Shown here one piece after another: positions 1 to 10,701 of a DNA stretch of 64,000 nucleotides (the first letter of the stretch is position 1; each line of letters begins with the position of its first letter). The position numbers and the translations under genes are program-made. This DNA is from Candidatus Oxydemutatoraceae bacterium (GTDB lineage Bacteria > Pseudomonadota > Gammaproteobacteria > Poriferisulfidales > Oxydemutatoraceae). Below the pieces are notes generated by a model. The model had not been told where the DNA came from and made no database searches. It saw only the letters and a list, made by a program, of their open reading frames with translations. The DNA lies in assembly GCA_965218975.1 (NCBI GenBank), contig OZ244717.1, forward strand, positions 160,001 through 224,000, read 5' to 3'.

Positions 1-190
1 CACTTTGCACTTCACGCGATTGAACCCACTCTAGACTGGATTCAAAATCAACTAGCAACGCATCCGAATATCGCTGTTCGGCAAACGAACCGCGAACCGC
101 ATATGAATTAAAATCGCAATACGGGCATTTGCTCTCGCACCATGGCAAGTGCACATACAAAGACAATGGCGGTCGCGTGGTAAGCGTCAT
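1..190 (-). CDS. hemW: Radical SAM heme chaperone HemW, N-terminal part (runs off window)
   Basis: Reverse strand from ATG at 190 reads [29 protein letters not shown] (CxxxCxxC motif); overlaps rdgB stop. Confidence 0.9.
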   Translation of the reverse strand, partial: MTLTTRPPLSLYVHLPWCESKCPYCDFNSYAVRGSFAEQRYSDALLVDFESSLEWVQSREVQS

Positions 191-783
191 TGAAAGTCAT
201 GTGTCAGTATCATCTTCAATTGACGCAAAGCAAGTGCTCGATGGCTGACCTTATTTTTTACTTTCATGGGAAGTTGTGCGGCGGTGCAATTATATTGCGG
301 CACATAGAAAATCGGGTCATAACCGAAGCCATTGTCCCCTACCGGTTGACGCACTAAACGACCATGCCAAACCGCATACGCTAGAACCGGTTGTTCCATC
401 GCGGGTTCCAAGTAGGCAATCGCACAATGGAAGCTTGCGGTCAAATCCGCTAGAGGTATTTCGGCAGTTACTTGAATGAGCTTTGCCAAATTCGCTGCAT
501 CGTCGGCATCTTCTCCGGCGTAACGTGAAGAAAATATCCCCGGTGCACCGGACAACGCATCAACCGCAAGCCCCGAATCGTCGGCTAATGCCGGCAATCC
601 GGCCGAAGCGCAAACATATTGCGCTTTCATAACGGCATTTTCTTCAAATGTCGCACCGGTCTCAGGCGGGGTGTTTAATGTCCTTTGCGACTGGGATTTC
701 AATGTGCATACCCCTTTGAGCATTACCGAAAATTCCGCAAACTTTTTCAAATTATCACTTGCAAGGATAACATCATAATTCAT
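187..783 (-). CDS. rdgB: dITP/XTP pyrophosphatase
   Basis: [14 protein letters not shown] and KNKVSHR motifs; rph-rdgB-hemW order. Confidence 0.95.
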   Translation of the reverse strand: MNYDVILASDNLKKFAEFSVMLKGVCTLKSQSQRTLNTPPETGATFEENAVMKAQYVCASAGLPALADDSGLAVDALSGAPGIFSSRYAGEDADDAANLAKLIQVTAEIPLADLTASFHCAIAYLEPAMEQPVLAYAVWHGRLVRQPVGDNGFGYDPIFYVPQYNCTAAQLPMKVKNKVSHRALALRQLKMILTHDFQ

Positions 784-1505
784 AAATTAAGCGCCGATCT
801 TTGTGCCGCAATAATCTCAGTAATTCCCTTACTCGTCAGTTCAAGCAAAGCATCCAAATCATTGCGCCGAAACGCGTTTCCCTCCGCTGTGCCTTGTATC
901 TCAATAAATTGTCTCGCCTCATTCATTACAACATTGATGTCAACTTCCGCATGATTATCTTCACTGTAGTCAAGATCAAGCAGGAAGCTTCCTTTACAAA
1001 TGCCTGCCGAAACTGCCGCAACCATTCCATGCAACGGGTTTTCTTTGATAACTTTATGTTTTAACAAGTGTTGAACCGCATCATATAATGCGATATATGC
1101 GCCGCTAATTGCCGCGGTTCGAGTGCCGCCGTCCGCTTGCAGCACATCACAATCCAATGTGACCGTCCGCTCCCTCAAAGCGGCGAAATCAACCACCGAA
1201 CGCAAAGAGCGGCCGATGAGCCTACGAATCTCTTGGGCGCGCCCATGATGCACCGTATCGCGCCGAGTGCGCGTCTGCGTTGAACCCGGCAACATTCCAT
1301 ACTCCGCAGTAACCCATCCGTTTCGACTGCCTTTGCGGAAAAGCGGCACGCGGTCTTCCGATATCGCGGTACATAAAACCCGGGTGTCTCCGAACTCAAC
1401 TAAGACCGAACCGGGTGCATGACATGTGTAGCTTCGGGTAAAACGCACCTCGCGCAATTGATCCGCTTTGCGTCCCTTAGACCTGATCATAATTTCCGAT
1501 AACAA
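780..1505 (-). CDS. rph: Ribonuclease PH
   Basis: [11 protein letters not shown] and [14 protein letters not shown] motifs; true start may be a few codons downstream. Confidence 0.95.
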   Translation of the reverse strand: MLSEIMIRSKGRKADQLREVRFTRSYTCHAPGSVLVEFGDTRVLCTAISEDRVPLFRKGSRNGWVTAEYGMLPGSTQTRTRRDTVHHGRAQEIRRLIGRSLRSVVDFAALRERTVTLDCDVLQADGGTRTAAISGAYIALYDAVQHLLKHKVIKENPLHGMVAAVSAGICKGSFLLDLDYSEDNHAEVDINVVMNEARQFIEIQGTAEGNAFRRNDLDALLELTSKGITEIIAAQRSALNL

Positions 1506-1689
1506 TAATGAAATAATGAATGAATAAAAATAGTCAGTATTCTCGACTTATACGCAACGCATAATGCGAACAAACTTAGCTGCTACAGTCCCGCTTATTA
1601 TACCCCCCTACGCAAACAAAACGCCTTACCGATCGATATAATCTTATAAAATATTACTCACCAAATAATTCGACAAAAGTCACGATAAC

Positions 1690-2187
1690 ATGAGCGCAAA
1701 AAAAATTTTTATCCTCACGACCGGAGGCACCTTCGATAAAGTTTACTACGATAAATTAAGCACGTACAAGATCGGCGAGCCGCAGATCGAATGGATTTTG
1801 GCACAGGCAAACCCCCGCATTGATATAGAGATTCAATCAGTAATCAAAAAAGACAGTTTGGATATGATTGATGCCGACCGTGATCTGCTAAAGGAGCGGC
1901 TAATAAGCATAACGGGGCAGCGAATTATCATTATCCACGGTACCGATACGATGGTTGAAACGGCAAACAACTTGCAAACAATAACCAATAAAACTGTCGT
2001 TTTGACCGGAGCAATGCGTCCGGCACGTTTTCGCGACAGCGACGCTATATTTAATACCGGCTTTGCACTAGCAGCCGTGCAATTGCTGCCTGCCGGTATT
2101 TTTATCGCGATGAACGGCAAAGTATTCACTCCTGATACGGTACAAAAAAACCGAACTGCCGGATGTTTTGAAACTATTCAAAAGTAG
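1690..2187 (+). CDS. Short asparaginase-domain protein
   Basis: TTGGTFDK and HGTDTM motifs. Confidence 0.85.
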   Translation: MSAKKIFILTTGGTFDKVYYDKLSTYKIGEPQIEWILAQANPRIDIEIQSVIKKDSLDMIDADRDLLKERLISITGQRIIIIHGTDTMVETANNLQTITNKTVVLTGAMRPARFRDSDAIFNTGFALAAVQLLPAGIFIAMNGKVFTPDTVQKNRTAGCFETIQK

Positions 2188-2216
2188 CGCTTCATTCAAT
2201 TGTGATTGATGTTCCT

Positions 2217-2244
2217 CTTGAAAAAAATTAATCGCCCCCCATAT
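2217..2244 (+). promoter_or_regulatory. Sigma-32 (RpoH) heat-shock promoter
   Basis: CTTGAAA-N13-CCCCATAT matches consensus, 42 bp upstream of a small heat-shock gene. Confidence 0.85.
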
Positions 2245-2286
2245 AAAGATGTAACAATAAATGAACTATAAACGGAGGTAGTCGTT

Positions 2287-2712
2287 ATGTATTTGACAAG
2301 GCATGAACCTTTCCTAGATATCTTTCATAACATTTTGGGAATTAATGATTCCTTGAATGTTAGCACGCCAACTCGGAGCCTGTCGCCTTCGGTTGATGTT
2401 ATAGAAAAAGAAAACCAATGGACTTTCTATTTCGATTTACCCGGAGTGGATAAAGAACACATTGATATTGAGGTGGACGGAAATCAACTCGTTGTCTCCG
2501 GTGAGCGTCAGAGCGAAAAAGAGGAGAAAAAAAGCAGTTATACGTACACCGAACGTGTACACGGAAAATTTCAGCGGTGCTTTACTTTGCCTGACAACGC
2601 TGATACCGAGAAAATCTCGGCTGCATCGGAAAACGGTGTGTTGAAAGTGCATGTCGAGAAAATCGCGCAAGCGCAAGCACAGCCGAGAAAAATCGCACTT
2701 CAACCGAATTAA
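2287..2712 (+). CDS. Hsp20/alpha-crystallin small heat-shock protein
   Basis: DLPGV, ERVHGKFQRCFTLP, ENGVL motifs; GGAGG RBS. Confidence 0.92.
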   Translation: MYLTRHEPFLDIFHNILGINDSLNVSTPTRSLSPSVDVIEKENQWTFYFDLPGVDKEHIDIEVDGNQLVVSGERQSEKEEKKSSYTYTERVHGKFQRCFTLPDNADTEKISAASENGVLKVHVEKIAQAQAQPRKIALQPN

Positions 2713-2730
2713 AACAACGTAAATGCAAAT

Positions 2731-2771
2731 AGGCGCCATAGCCTCATCAAGAATATGGCGCCTTACTTTTT
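2731..2771 (+). terminator. Probable intrinsic terminator
   Basis: AGGCGCCATA / TATGGCGCCT 10-bp stem followed by T-rich run after the Hsp20 stop. Confidence 0.6.
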
Positions 2772-2819
2772 ACTCACCGGCTAAAGTGTATATCTAATTT
2801 ATCTGGCCCCGCCCAATAG

Positions 2820-4193
2820 ATGACACTAAAACATGCACCAAACTTAGTAGCTGCTTGCATCGGCATCCTCGCAGGTATTTTATGTTTAAGCAATGTTGCT
2901 ACCGCGACAATACCTCTCACGACAAAAGGCGGCATACCGACGCTAGCGCCACTACTGGAAAAAACGCTTCCCTCGGTCGTACACATAGAGACGCAATCAA
3001 CTATCGTTCTTCGTAGAAAACAACTGCCGTTCCCATTTGGGGATTTTTTTGCTCCGATTCCTCCTCCGGCGCAGGAGAGACAACGCAGCGGTGCCGGTTC
3101 CGGAGTTATCATTGATGCGAAGAAAGGGCACATCATTACCAATAGCCATGTCATACAAAAAGCCAAGAATATTATTGTTACTCTAAATGATGGTAGACGT
3201 TTTGAAGCGGAAATTCTCGGACAGGACCCTGACACGGATATTGCAGTTTTACAAATTTCTGCCGATCAGCTTACAGAAATTAAACGAGGCGATTCGGAGC
3301 AATTGCGCGTCGGTGATTTTGTCCTTGCAATCGGTAATCCTTTCGGACTTGAACAATCGGTTACTTCCGGAATCGTCAGCGCACTAGGCAGGAGTGGTCT
3401 GGGAATAGAATCGTATGAAGATTTTATCCAAACCGATGCCTCTATCAACCCGGGTAACTCAGGCGGCGCACTGATTAATTTACACGGCGAGTTGATCGGA
3501 ATCAACACTGCGATTTACGGTCCGAGCGGCGGCAATATCGGTATCGGATTTGCCATTCCTGCCAATATGGCATTTAGTGTCACCGAGCAATTACTGCAAT
3601 ACGGCAGTGTTAACCGCGGTAAACTTGGTGTCGCAATTCAGAGCTTGACTTCCGACTTGGCAAAAGCTTTCGGCGTTGAACAAACATCCGGCGCAATTAT
3701 TACTAACATCGAAAAAGGTTCGGCGGCGGAAGAGGCCGGCTTACAGTCCGGAGATATCGTCCTTTCAATCAACGGAAAAGTTGTTAACAATGCTTCCGAT
3801 ATGAGAAATTTTATCGGCTTATTGCGCGCCGGAACAAAAATCTCATTGGACATTTTGCGGGATGAAAAACAAATTCGCATTACCGCAACCATCAGCCCGC
3901 CGAAAAATCTGATTGTACAAGGCAGCAAATATCACTCGAAACTAAGTGATACACTTTTACAAGTTGTCACTGAAAACGACTCGCCATACCATGAGAACGG
4001 CATTTTGGTGAAGCAAATCAGGTCTGCCAGTGTTGCGTATAGGGCGGGAATGCGTGAGGATGATTTAATTGTCGCTGCCAACCGTATGCGCGTAACAACA
4101 ATCGAAGAACTTAACGAGGTGATTCAAAACAGCACTTCTATTTTATTAAACATCCATCGCGGGCCACGCGGCTTATTTATTATCCTCAAATAA
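2820..4193 (+). CDS. degQ: DegQ/DegP-family periplasmic serine protease with two PDZ domains
   Basis: Signal peptide, TNSHV, IQTDASINPGNSGG. Confidence 0.9.
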   Translation: MTLKHAPNLVAACIGILAGILCLSNVATATIPLTTKGGIPTLAPLLEKTLPSVVHIETQSTIVLRRKQLPFPFGDFFAPIPPPAQERQRSGAGSGVIIDAKKGHIITNSHVIQKAKNIIVTLNDGRRFEAEILGQDPDTDIAVLQISADQLTEIKRGDSEQLRVGDFVLAIGNPFGLEQSVTSGIVSALGRSGLGIESYEDFIQTDASINPGNSGGALINLHGELIGINTAIYGPSGGNIGIGFAIPANMAFSVTEQLLQYGSVNRGKLGVAIQSLTSDLAKAFGVEQTSGAIITNIEKGSAAEEAGLQSGDIVLSINGKVVNNASDMRNFIGLLRAGTKISLDILRDEKQIRITATISPPKNLIVQGSKYHSKLSDTLLQVVTENDSPYHENGILVKQIRSASVAYRAGMREDDLIVAANRMRVTTIEELNEVIQNSTSILLNIHRGPRGLFIILK

Positions 4194-4269
4194 TAAAAAC
4201 CAACGTCCGGCTTCAACCGCTATCGCTTCCCTCTCCTTTATAATCTTAGGAAGCTCTTGAAATCCAGAA

Positions 4270-4506
4270 TCATCCTCCTGTAACCGGTGGAAAAAAAGCG
4301 ACCTCATCTCCGTCACAAACTTTAGTTTCAGCTGTCGCATAAGCATGATTGACGGCACACAAAACTCCTTCCGGCAAACCGCTTTGCCCGGTATTTGCCT
4401 GAATCCAAACATCTCGAACCGACTGTGCTTGCGCTGCATCCAACACCTCCTCGTCTTTACCCAACTTTTCTTTCAAACTTGCAAAATATTTGATCGTAAT
4501 CACCAT
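4270..4506 (-). CDS. moaD: Molybdopterin synthase sulfur carrier
   Basis: YFASLKE start, C-terminal FFPPVTGG. Confidence 0.93.
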   Translation of the reverse strand: MVITIKYFASLKEKLGKDEEVLDAAQAQSVRDVWIQANTGQSGLPEGVLCAVNHAYATAETKVCDGDEVAFFPPVTGG

Positions 4507-4587
4507 TTTTCTCGCTCAACATCATCCTATATCCGTCTATAATACCACTTTGCCTATTAGCACAGTCACAATAAATAAAAGCAAGAA

Positions 4588-5067
4588 ATGGCGGAATTAA
4601 CTCATTTTGACCGACATGGCGAAGCGCACATGGTTAATATCGGCGATAAAGATATTACACATCGCATTGCTATCGCTACGGGGAAAATTTCAATGCAAGC
4701 TGCAACTCTTGACCGCATCCGCCGGAGAGGCCATAAAAAAGGCGATGTTCTCGGAGTTGCCAGAATCGCCGGTATTATGGCGGCAAAGAAAACCGCCGAA
4801 ATTATTCCGCTTTGCCACTCGCTACAACTATCCTCGGTTAGAATCAACTTTATGCCGGTCGATAATCCCCCAAGGATTGAATGTGAAGCCTGCATTGAGC
4901 TCAATGGACGCACCGGCGCAGAGATAGAGGCATTATTTGCAGTACAAACTGCTCTGCTCACTATTTACGATATGTGTAAATCGGTTGATCGAGGAATGTG
5001 TATCAGCGACGTACGTTTGGTTAAGAAAAGCGGCGGAAAATCGGGAGATTGGACAAGGAAGGGATAG
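4588..5067 (+). CDS. moaC: Cyclic pyranopterin monophosphate synthase
   Basis: LTHFD...MV, IPLCH, IYDMCKSVD, KSGGKSG. Confidence 0.95.
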   Translation: MAELTHFDRHGEAHMVNIGDKDITHRIAIATGKISMQAATLDRIRRRGHKKGDVLGVARIAGIMAAKKTAEIIPLCHSLQLSSVRINFMPVDNPPRIECEACIELNGRTGAEIEALFAVQTALLTIYDMCKSVDRGMCISDVRLVKKSGGKSGDWTRKG

Positions 5068-5094
5068 CCTCATATTAGTTGCCTAATTTAGCGC

Positions 5095-6129
5095 ATGCAG
5101 GACCCGGATTTTAGCAATCAATTGATCACATGGTTTCAACGTCACGGGCGTAAAAATTTACCATGGCAAAAAAAGAAAACTGCCTACCGTATTTGGGTTT
5201 CTGAAATCATGCTGCAGCAAACGCAGGTTAAAACTGTCATCCCTTATTTTATACGCTTCATGCACAGATTCCCTACGGTTTCAAGACTCGCCTCTGCCGA
5301 ACTTGACGAAGTGCTCGAATGCTGGGCAGGATTGGGTTACTATAGCCGCGCAAAGTATTTGCATCAATCAGCAAGACGGGTCCGTGACAAACACCATGGC
5401 AAAATACCTGCAGAAATAGCTGCATTGGTTCAACTGCCCGGAATAGGCCGTTCAACTGCGGGGGCAATCCTTGCTCTATGTTATGAAAAACCATTTCCAA
5501 TATTAGACGGCAATGTAAAGCGAGTGTTGACGCGATACTTTAACATTGCGGGTTGGCCGGGAAAATCTCAAGTTGAAAAAAAACTTTGGAAGTTGTCGGA
5601 AAGGTTGTTGCCGGCAAAACAGATTGCGGACTATACTCAATCCTTAATGGATTTGGGCGCGCTTATTTGTACAATACAGACACCTGATTGTGCCGTTTGC
5701 CCAGTGCGCAATAATTGCCAAGCGCGCATTGCGAATAAAATTGCACTGCGACCGGGGAAAAAACCTGCGGTAAGCAAACCGCAGCGCTCGGTAATTATGC
5801 TGATTATCACAGTGAAAGACTCAGTTCTATTAGTACGCCGCCCACCGACCGGTATTTGGGCCGGATTGATGTGTTTCCCTGAGTTTACCCGGTTTGAATC
5901 TATGGAAATTTGGTGTCGTAAACAATTAAAAGCAAGCTACTCTATCAACGAATGGGCTGTTTTCAAGCACACATTCACTCACTTTCACCTCATCGTTACA
6001 CCGATACACATCAATCTACCGGCCAAACCGAAACAGGGTGTTAGAGAAACATCATACGTTTGGTGTAAAATGTACGCACAGCTTGCTGTTCCGGCACCGG
6101 TCAAAAAGCTGCTGCAAAAACTTCAATGA
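5095..6129 (+). CDS. mutY: A/G-specific adenine glycosylase
   Basis: WVSEIMLQQTQV, GLGYYSRA, HhH motif, Fe-S cysteines. Confidence 0.95.
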   Translation: MQDPDFSNQLITWFQRHGRKNLPWQKKKTAYRIWVSEIMLQQTQVKTVIPYFIRFMHRFPTVSRLASAELDEVLECWAGLGYYSRAKYLHQSARRVRDKHHGKIPAEIAALVQLPGIGRSTAGAILALCYEKPFPILDGNVKRVLTRYFNIAGWPGKSQVEKKLWKLSERLLPAKQIADYTQSLMDLGALICTIQTPDCAVCPVRNNCQARIANKIALRPGKKPAVSKPQRSVIMLIITVKDSVLLVRRPPTGIWAGLMCFPEFTRFESMEIWCRKQLKASYSINEWAVFKHTFTHFHLIVTPIHINLPAKPKQGVRETSYVWCKMYAQLAVPAPVKKLLQKLQ

Positions 6130-6141
6130 AAAAGATTTATT

Positions 6142-6414
6142 ATGGCACGTAATATCAACTGTATAAAATTAAAACGCGAAGCGCCAGGGCTTGAATATCT
6201 GCCTTACCCGGGTGAGCTTGGTCAAAAGATTTATGACAATATCAGTCAAGAGGCATGGCAGGAATGGACCAAGCATCAGACCATGTTGATCAATGAGTAC
6301 CGACTGACACCGGTTGACCCTAAGGCGAGAAAATTCCTTGAGGAAGAAATGGAAAAGTTCTTATTCGGCGAGGGTTCAGCGGCGCCAAAAGAATTTGTTC
6401 CCCCTGAAGAATAG
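6142..6414 (+). CDS. yggX: Fe(II)-trafficking / oxidative damage protection protein
   Basis: YPGELG...[11 protein letters not shown]; follows mutY. Confidence 0.93.
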   Translation: MARNINCIKLKREAPGLEYLPYPGELGQKIYDNISQEAWQEWTKHQTMLINEYRLTPVDPKARKFLEEEMEKFLFGEGSAAPKEFVPPEE

Positions 6415-6467
6415 GCCTAGGGCTCGGTATACAAAGCTACCGGAAGATAAACTAATACTGTTTTAAT

Positions 6468-6540
<73 letters not shown>

Positions 6541-6763
6541 CCCGACATGGAGATTGCCAGCCTAAACCGATATGCACTCGGCGCATACCATACTACTCCA
6601 AACATAACTATACGCAACACGATAATCTTGCTCATCAAACAGATCATGTTTAAGCGTTCTGTGCATCCGGAATCAACCCCCTTTGCCCGCCTGGTCAAAG
6701 CAAAAACACTACGATAGAGATTTCTTTCTCTTTTAGAAAAAAAGTCCGGCGGGCTCAAGTGCG

Positions 6764-7729
6764 CTACCACCGTAGATGTCTGCCACGTCTGTGCTTTTTT
6801 CCTCGTTTGCGCCACAGTCTAAATCTTTGTTGAATACTCGTGCCGCCACTTTGCCAAAATCTCAACAACCATCGGTCATAACCGGTTGGTTCCCTACCGA
6901 GGTAGACTCGTAACGGCGATCGGCTCGTGCCGCCATCCATAGCATAGGTCTCGACGCGAACCATAGCATATCTCGACGGAACCGCTTTTGCTAAATCGGA
7001 AAAATCAAAAAAATGTTTCACTGCAGGTGCTCGAATATGCCAACGTTTAGCTCGTTCGGCTTTATCGTTATCAAGTAAACACAGTGACACAAGTTTGATA
7101 TCAGGCAAGCTTTCGGTTCCTTGCGGAGCATTGACGAGAAAATTACCCGCATACGCATCACCGTGACGAAGACCGGCAATATGAATCTTTTTGATAAAAG
7201 CGGCCATTTTGCATGTGCATGTACAGTGCAATTGATCGGCATATCGATTATCCTGAGCGAATTGCCCCCTGATGTTCACAATTGTCTCACCACTCTGATA
7301 TTCGTATAAAAAATAATTGTCTGTTATAAACCATTTTTTCCAGCCATGTCGAAAAGTCCAATATGCCAAAGGGCGCGGCACCGGAATTCCCTCACTGTGC
7401 AACAGGCAAGAACCGACAAATGCCCTGCGTGCATATATCCCCAGCAAACAATAAAACCATATTTCAATTCTTCTAGACAAACGATAACGAAAATTAACCG
7501 TGGTTTTTTTCATCGCCAACTTAGTCGGATGATATGGAAGAAAAAAAGCATACAAGGTATTACTAGGCCTGCCATATGACAAAATATGAAATTGACCCCG
7601 CTCAAATTCGCGAAATTCTCCCCGCTTGATCCATTCAATCAATTTATTCTTTTCTTGCAAGCTGGAAACGACCGTATATGTTCCGGGCGAATATTTGCCG
7701 TGTAACAACTTACGTGCACCGGCATTCAT
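6764..7729 (-). CDS. Kdo/WaaP-like (LPS kinase fold) protein, copy 1
   Basis: GIPVPRPLAY, HGDxxxGNFL and LLDND kinase-like motifs. Confidence 0.75.
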   Translation of the reverse strand: MNAGARKLLHGKYSPGTYTVVSSLQEKNKLIEWIKRGEFREFERGQFHILSYGRPSNTLYAFFLPYHPTKLAMKKTTVNFRYRLSRRIEIWFYCLLGIYARRAFVGSCLLHSEGIPVPRPLAYWTFRHGWKKWFITDNYFLYEYQSGETIVNIRGQFAQDNRYADQLHCTCTCKMAAFIKKIHIAGLRHGDAYAGNFLVNAPQGTESLPDIKLVSLCLLDNDKAERAKRWHIRAPAVKHFFDFSDLAKAVPSRYAMVRVETYAMDGGTSRSPLRVYLGREPTGYDRWLLRFWQSGGTSIQQRFRLWRKRGKKHRRGRHLRW

Positions 7730-7779
7730 AGCGTACGCCGGGTCGCATCAAGTCCGCCGCGCTTTTATGCACTGCGCGG

Positions 7780-8712
7780 TCAATGTCTGCCATGTTTACG
7801 CTTCTTTCTTTGTTTGCACCACTTCATAATCCGCCGCTTCAATCTTCGCCGAATATTTATGCCGCCGCCTTGCCAAAACCTTAGCAACCATAGATCATAA
7901 CCGGTTGGCTCTCTGCCGAGGTAGACTCGTAACGGTGAAACAATCGTAGTATATTTCTTCGTATACTTCTTCGGAATCGCTCTCGCCAAGTCGTCAAAAT
8001 CAAAAAAATGTTTCACCGCAGGTACTCGAATATGCCAACGTTTAGCTCGTTCGGCTTTATCGTTATCAAGTAAACACAGCGACGCAAGTTTGATATCAGG
8101 CAAGCTTTCGGTTTCTTGCGGAACGCTGACGAGAAAATTATTGTCACTCGGGTCACCGTGGCGAAGACCGAGAATATGAAGCTGTTTGATAAAAGCAAAC
8201 TTTTTGCAATACAATTGATTGATATATTGATATTGATCATCTTGAGCGGCTCGCCTCCTGATCTCCTCAATTGTCTCACCGTTTTGATATTCGTATAAAA
8301 AATAATTGTCTGTTATAAACCATTTTTTCCAGCCATGCCGAAAAGTCCAATATGCCAAAGGGCGCAGCGCTGAAATTCCCTCATCGTACAACAGGCAAGA
8401 GGCGGTAAATGCCCTGCGCGCAAGTCTCCCTAACAAACAAAGATACCATATCTCAATCCTCCCACGTAAACGGAAACGAGGATTAACTATGTTTCTTTTC
8501 ATTACCAACTTAGCCGGATGATACGGAAGAAAAAAAACATACAAGGCACGGCTATACAGGAACGAAATATTAAATTGGTCTTGCTCAAATTCGCGAAATT
8601 CTCCCCGCTTGATCCATTCAATCAGTTTATTCTTTTCTTGCAAGCCGGAAACGACCGTATATGTTCCGGACGAATATTTACCGCGCAGTAACGGACGCAC
8701 ACTAGCATTCAT
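7780..8712 (-). CDS. Kdo/WaaP-like kinase, copy 2
   Basis: Paralog of copy 1; HGDPSDNNF. Confidence 0.75.
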   Translation of the reverse strand: MNASVRPLLRGKYSSGTYTVVSGLQEKNKLIEWIKRGEFREFEQDQFNISFLYSRALYVFFLPYHPAKLVMKRNIVNPRFRLRGRIEIWYLCLLGRLARRAFTASCLLYDEGISALRPLAYWTFRHGWKKWFITDNYFLYEYQNGETIEEIRRRAAQDDQYQYINQLYCKKFAFIKQLHILGLRHGDPSDNNFLVSVPQETESLPDIKLASLCLLDNDKAERAKRWHIRVPAVKHFFDFDDLARAIPKKYTKKYTTIVSPLRVYLGREPTGYDLWLLRFWQGGGINIRRRLKRRIMKWCKQRKKRKHGRH

Positions 8713-8766
8713 AGCGCACGCCGGGGCGCATTGAAAAAGTCCGACGTGCTTTGATGCACTACGCGG

Positions 8767-9713
8767 CTAATCTCCGCCATGTTTGCGCTTTTTTCTTTGT
8801 TTGTAATACTTCCTAATCTTCCCCCTTAATATTCGCTGAATAGGTATGCCGCGGCTTTGCCAGAATTTCAGTAACCATAGGTCATAACGGGTCGGTTCCC
8901 TACTGAGATAGACTCGCAACAGTGAAACAGCCTTGTCATACCCTGTAACAAATCCTTTTGTTAAGTCTTTGAAATCGAAAAAATATTTCACTGCAGGTAC
9001 TAGAATGTGCCAATATTTGACCCGTTTGGCATAATCGTTATCAATTAAATACATTGATGCAATGTTTATATCAGGAAAACATCCGGTTTGTTGCGGATCG
9101 CTGATGATAAAATTGCCGGTTTTCTGGTCACCGTGGCGGAGACCGGCAAGATGGACCAGTTTAATAAAAGAAAAAATTTTGCAATGCCATTGGTGGATAT
9201 CTTCTTTTCTTCCGTGTTGATTCAATCGCCTTATGAGGCTCTTCAATGTCTCGCCGTGCTGGTATTCGTATAAAAAATAATTGCCTGTTCTAAACCGTTT
9301 TTCCCAGCCATGCCGAAAAAGTCCAATATGCCAAAGGGCGCGGCGTTGAAATTCCCTCATCGTACAACAGGCAAGAGGAGAAAAATACTTTGCGGGCAGG
9401 TTTCCCTGACAAATGGTCATACCATGATCTAATCCTCCTAGGCCTAAACCTCCTAAGAAAATTGGAACTAGGATTAAGCATTTTTCTTTTCATTACCAAC
9501 TTGGTCGGATACGATGGCAGAAAAAAAGCATAAACAATACCATAAGGACGACGTTGTCGTTGTGAAATAATAAATTGGTCTCGCTCAAAATTCCGAAATT
9601 CTCCTCGCTTGATCCATTCAATCAGTTTATCCTTTTCTTGCACGTCGGAAACGATCGTATATGTTCCGGACGAATATTTGCCGCGCAAGTAACGGACGCA
9701 CACTAGCATTCAT
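8767..9713 (-). pseudogene. Kdo/WaaP-like kinase, copy 3, two +1 frameshifts
   Basis: Extra A near 9687 and a 5-A run at 9316-9320 versus 4 A in copy 2; homology spans three frames; HGDQKTGNF. Confidence 0.75.
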
Positions 9714-9768
9714 AGCGCACGCCGGGTCGCCATTGAAAAAGTCCGACGTGCTTTGATGCACTACGCAG

Positions 9769-10701
9769 CTAATCCCTGCCATGTTTGCGCTTCTTTCTTT
9801 GTTTGCACCACTTCATAATCCTCTTCATAATCCTCCGCCTTAATCTTCGCCGAATACGTGTGCCGCCTTGCCAAAATCTCAACAACCATCGGTCATATCC
9901 GGTTGGTTCCCTACCGAGGTAGACTCGTAACGGCGGATCTATAGCATATCTCGACGGAACCGCTTTTGCTAAATCAAGAAAATCAAAAAAATGTTTCACT
10001 GCAGGTACCCGAATATACACACGCCCGAAGCTATCGTTATCAAGTAAACACAGCGACGCAAGTTTCATATCAGGCAAATCTTCGGTTTCTTGCGGAGCGC
10101 TGACGAGAAAATTACCCGCATACGCATTACCGTGACGAAGACCGGCAATATGAAGCTGTTTGATAAAAGTGGCCATTTTGCAATGTAATTGATCAATATA
10201 TTGATATTGGCCATCCCCCCTGATGGCTTGTCCCCTGATGTCCACAATTGCCTCACCGTTCTGATATTCGTATAAAAAATAATTGTCTGTTATAAACCAT
10301 TTCTTCCAGCCATGCCGGAAAGTCCAATATGCCAAAGGGCGCGGCGTTGAAATTCTCGCATCGTGCAACAGGCAAGAGCCGACAAATGCCCTGCGTGCAT
10401 ATATCCCCAGCAAACAACGAAACCATACTTGAATCCTCCTAAGCAAAAGAGAACGAGGATTAACTGTGGCTTTTTTCATTACCAGCTTAGTCGGATGATA
10501 CGGAAGAAAAAAAGCATAAATGGTATTACGAGAACTATACAGGAACGAAATCTTAAATTGGTCTTGCTCAAAATTCCGAAATTCTCCCCGCTGAATCCAT
10601 TCGATTAGTTCATCCTTTCCCTGCAAACCGGAAACAACCGTATATGTTCCGGACGAATACTTGCCGCGCAGTAACGGACGTACACTAGCATTCATGTTCA
10701 T
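9769..10701 (-). CDS. Kdo/WaaP-like kinase, copy 4 (catalytic Asp replaced by Asn)
   Basis: HGNAYAGNF; start overlaps cysQ stop. Confidence 0.75.
   Translation of the reverse strand: MNMNASVRPLLRGKYSSGTYTVVSGLQGKDELIEWIQRGEFRNFEQDQFKISFLYSSRNTIYAFFLPYHPTKLVMKKATVNPRSLLLRRIQVWFRCLLGIYARRAFVGSCLLHDARISTPRPLAYWTFRHGWKKWFITDNYFLYEYQNGEAIVDIRGQAIRGDGQYQYIDQLHCKMATFIKQLHIAGLRHGNAYAGNFLVSAPQETEDLPDMKLASLCLLDNDSFGRVYIRVPAVKHFFDFLDLAKAVPSRYAIDPPLRVYLGREPTGYDRWLLRFWQGGTRIRRRLRRRIMKRIMKWCKQRKKRKHGRD

Noticed and set aside
6764-10701. Diversity-generating retroelement behind the kinase or glycosyltransferase variation
   Set aside because: No reverse transcriptase in the window; differences are not adenine-specific and include indels.
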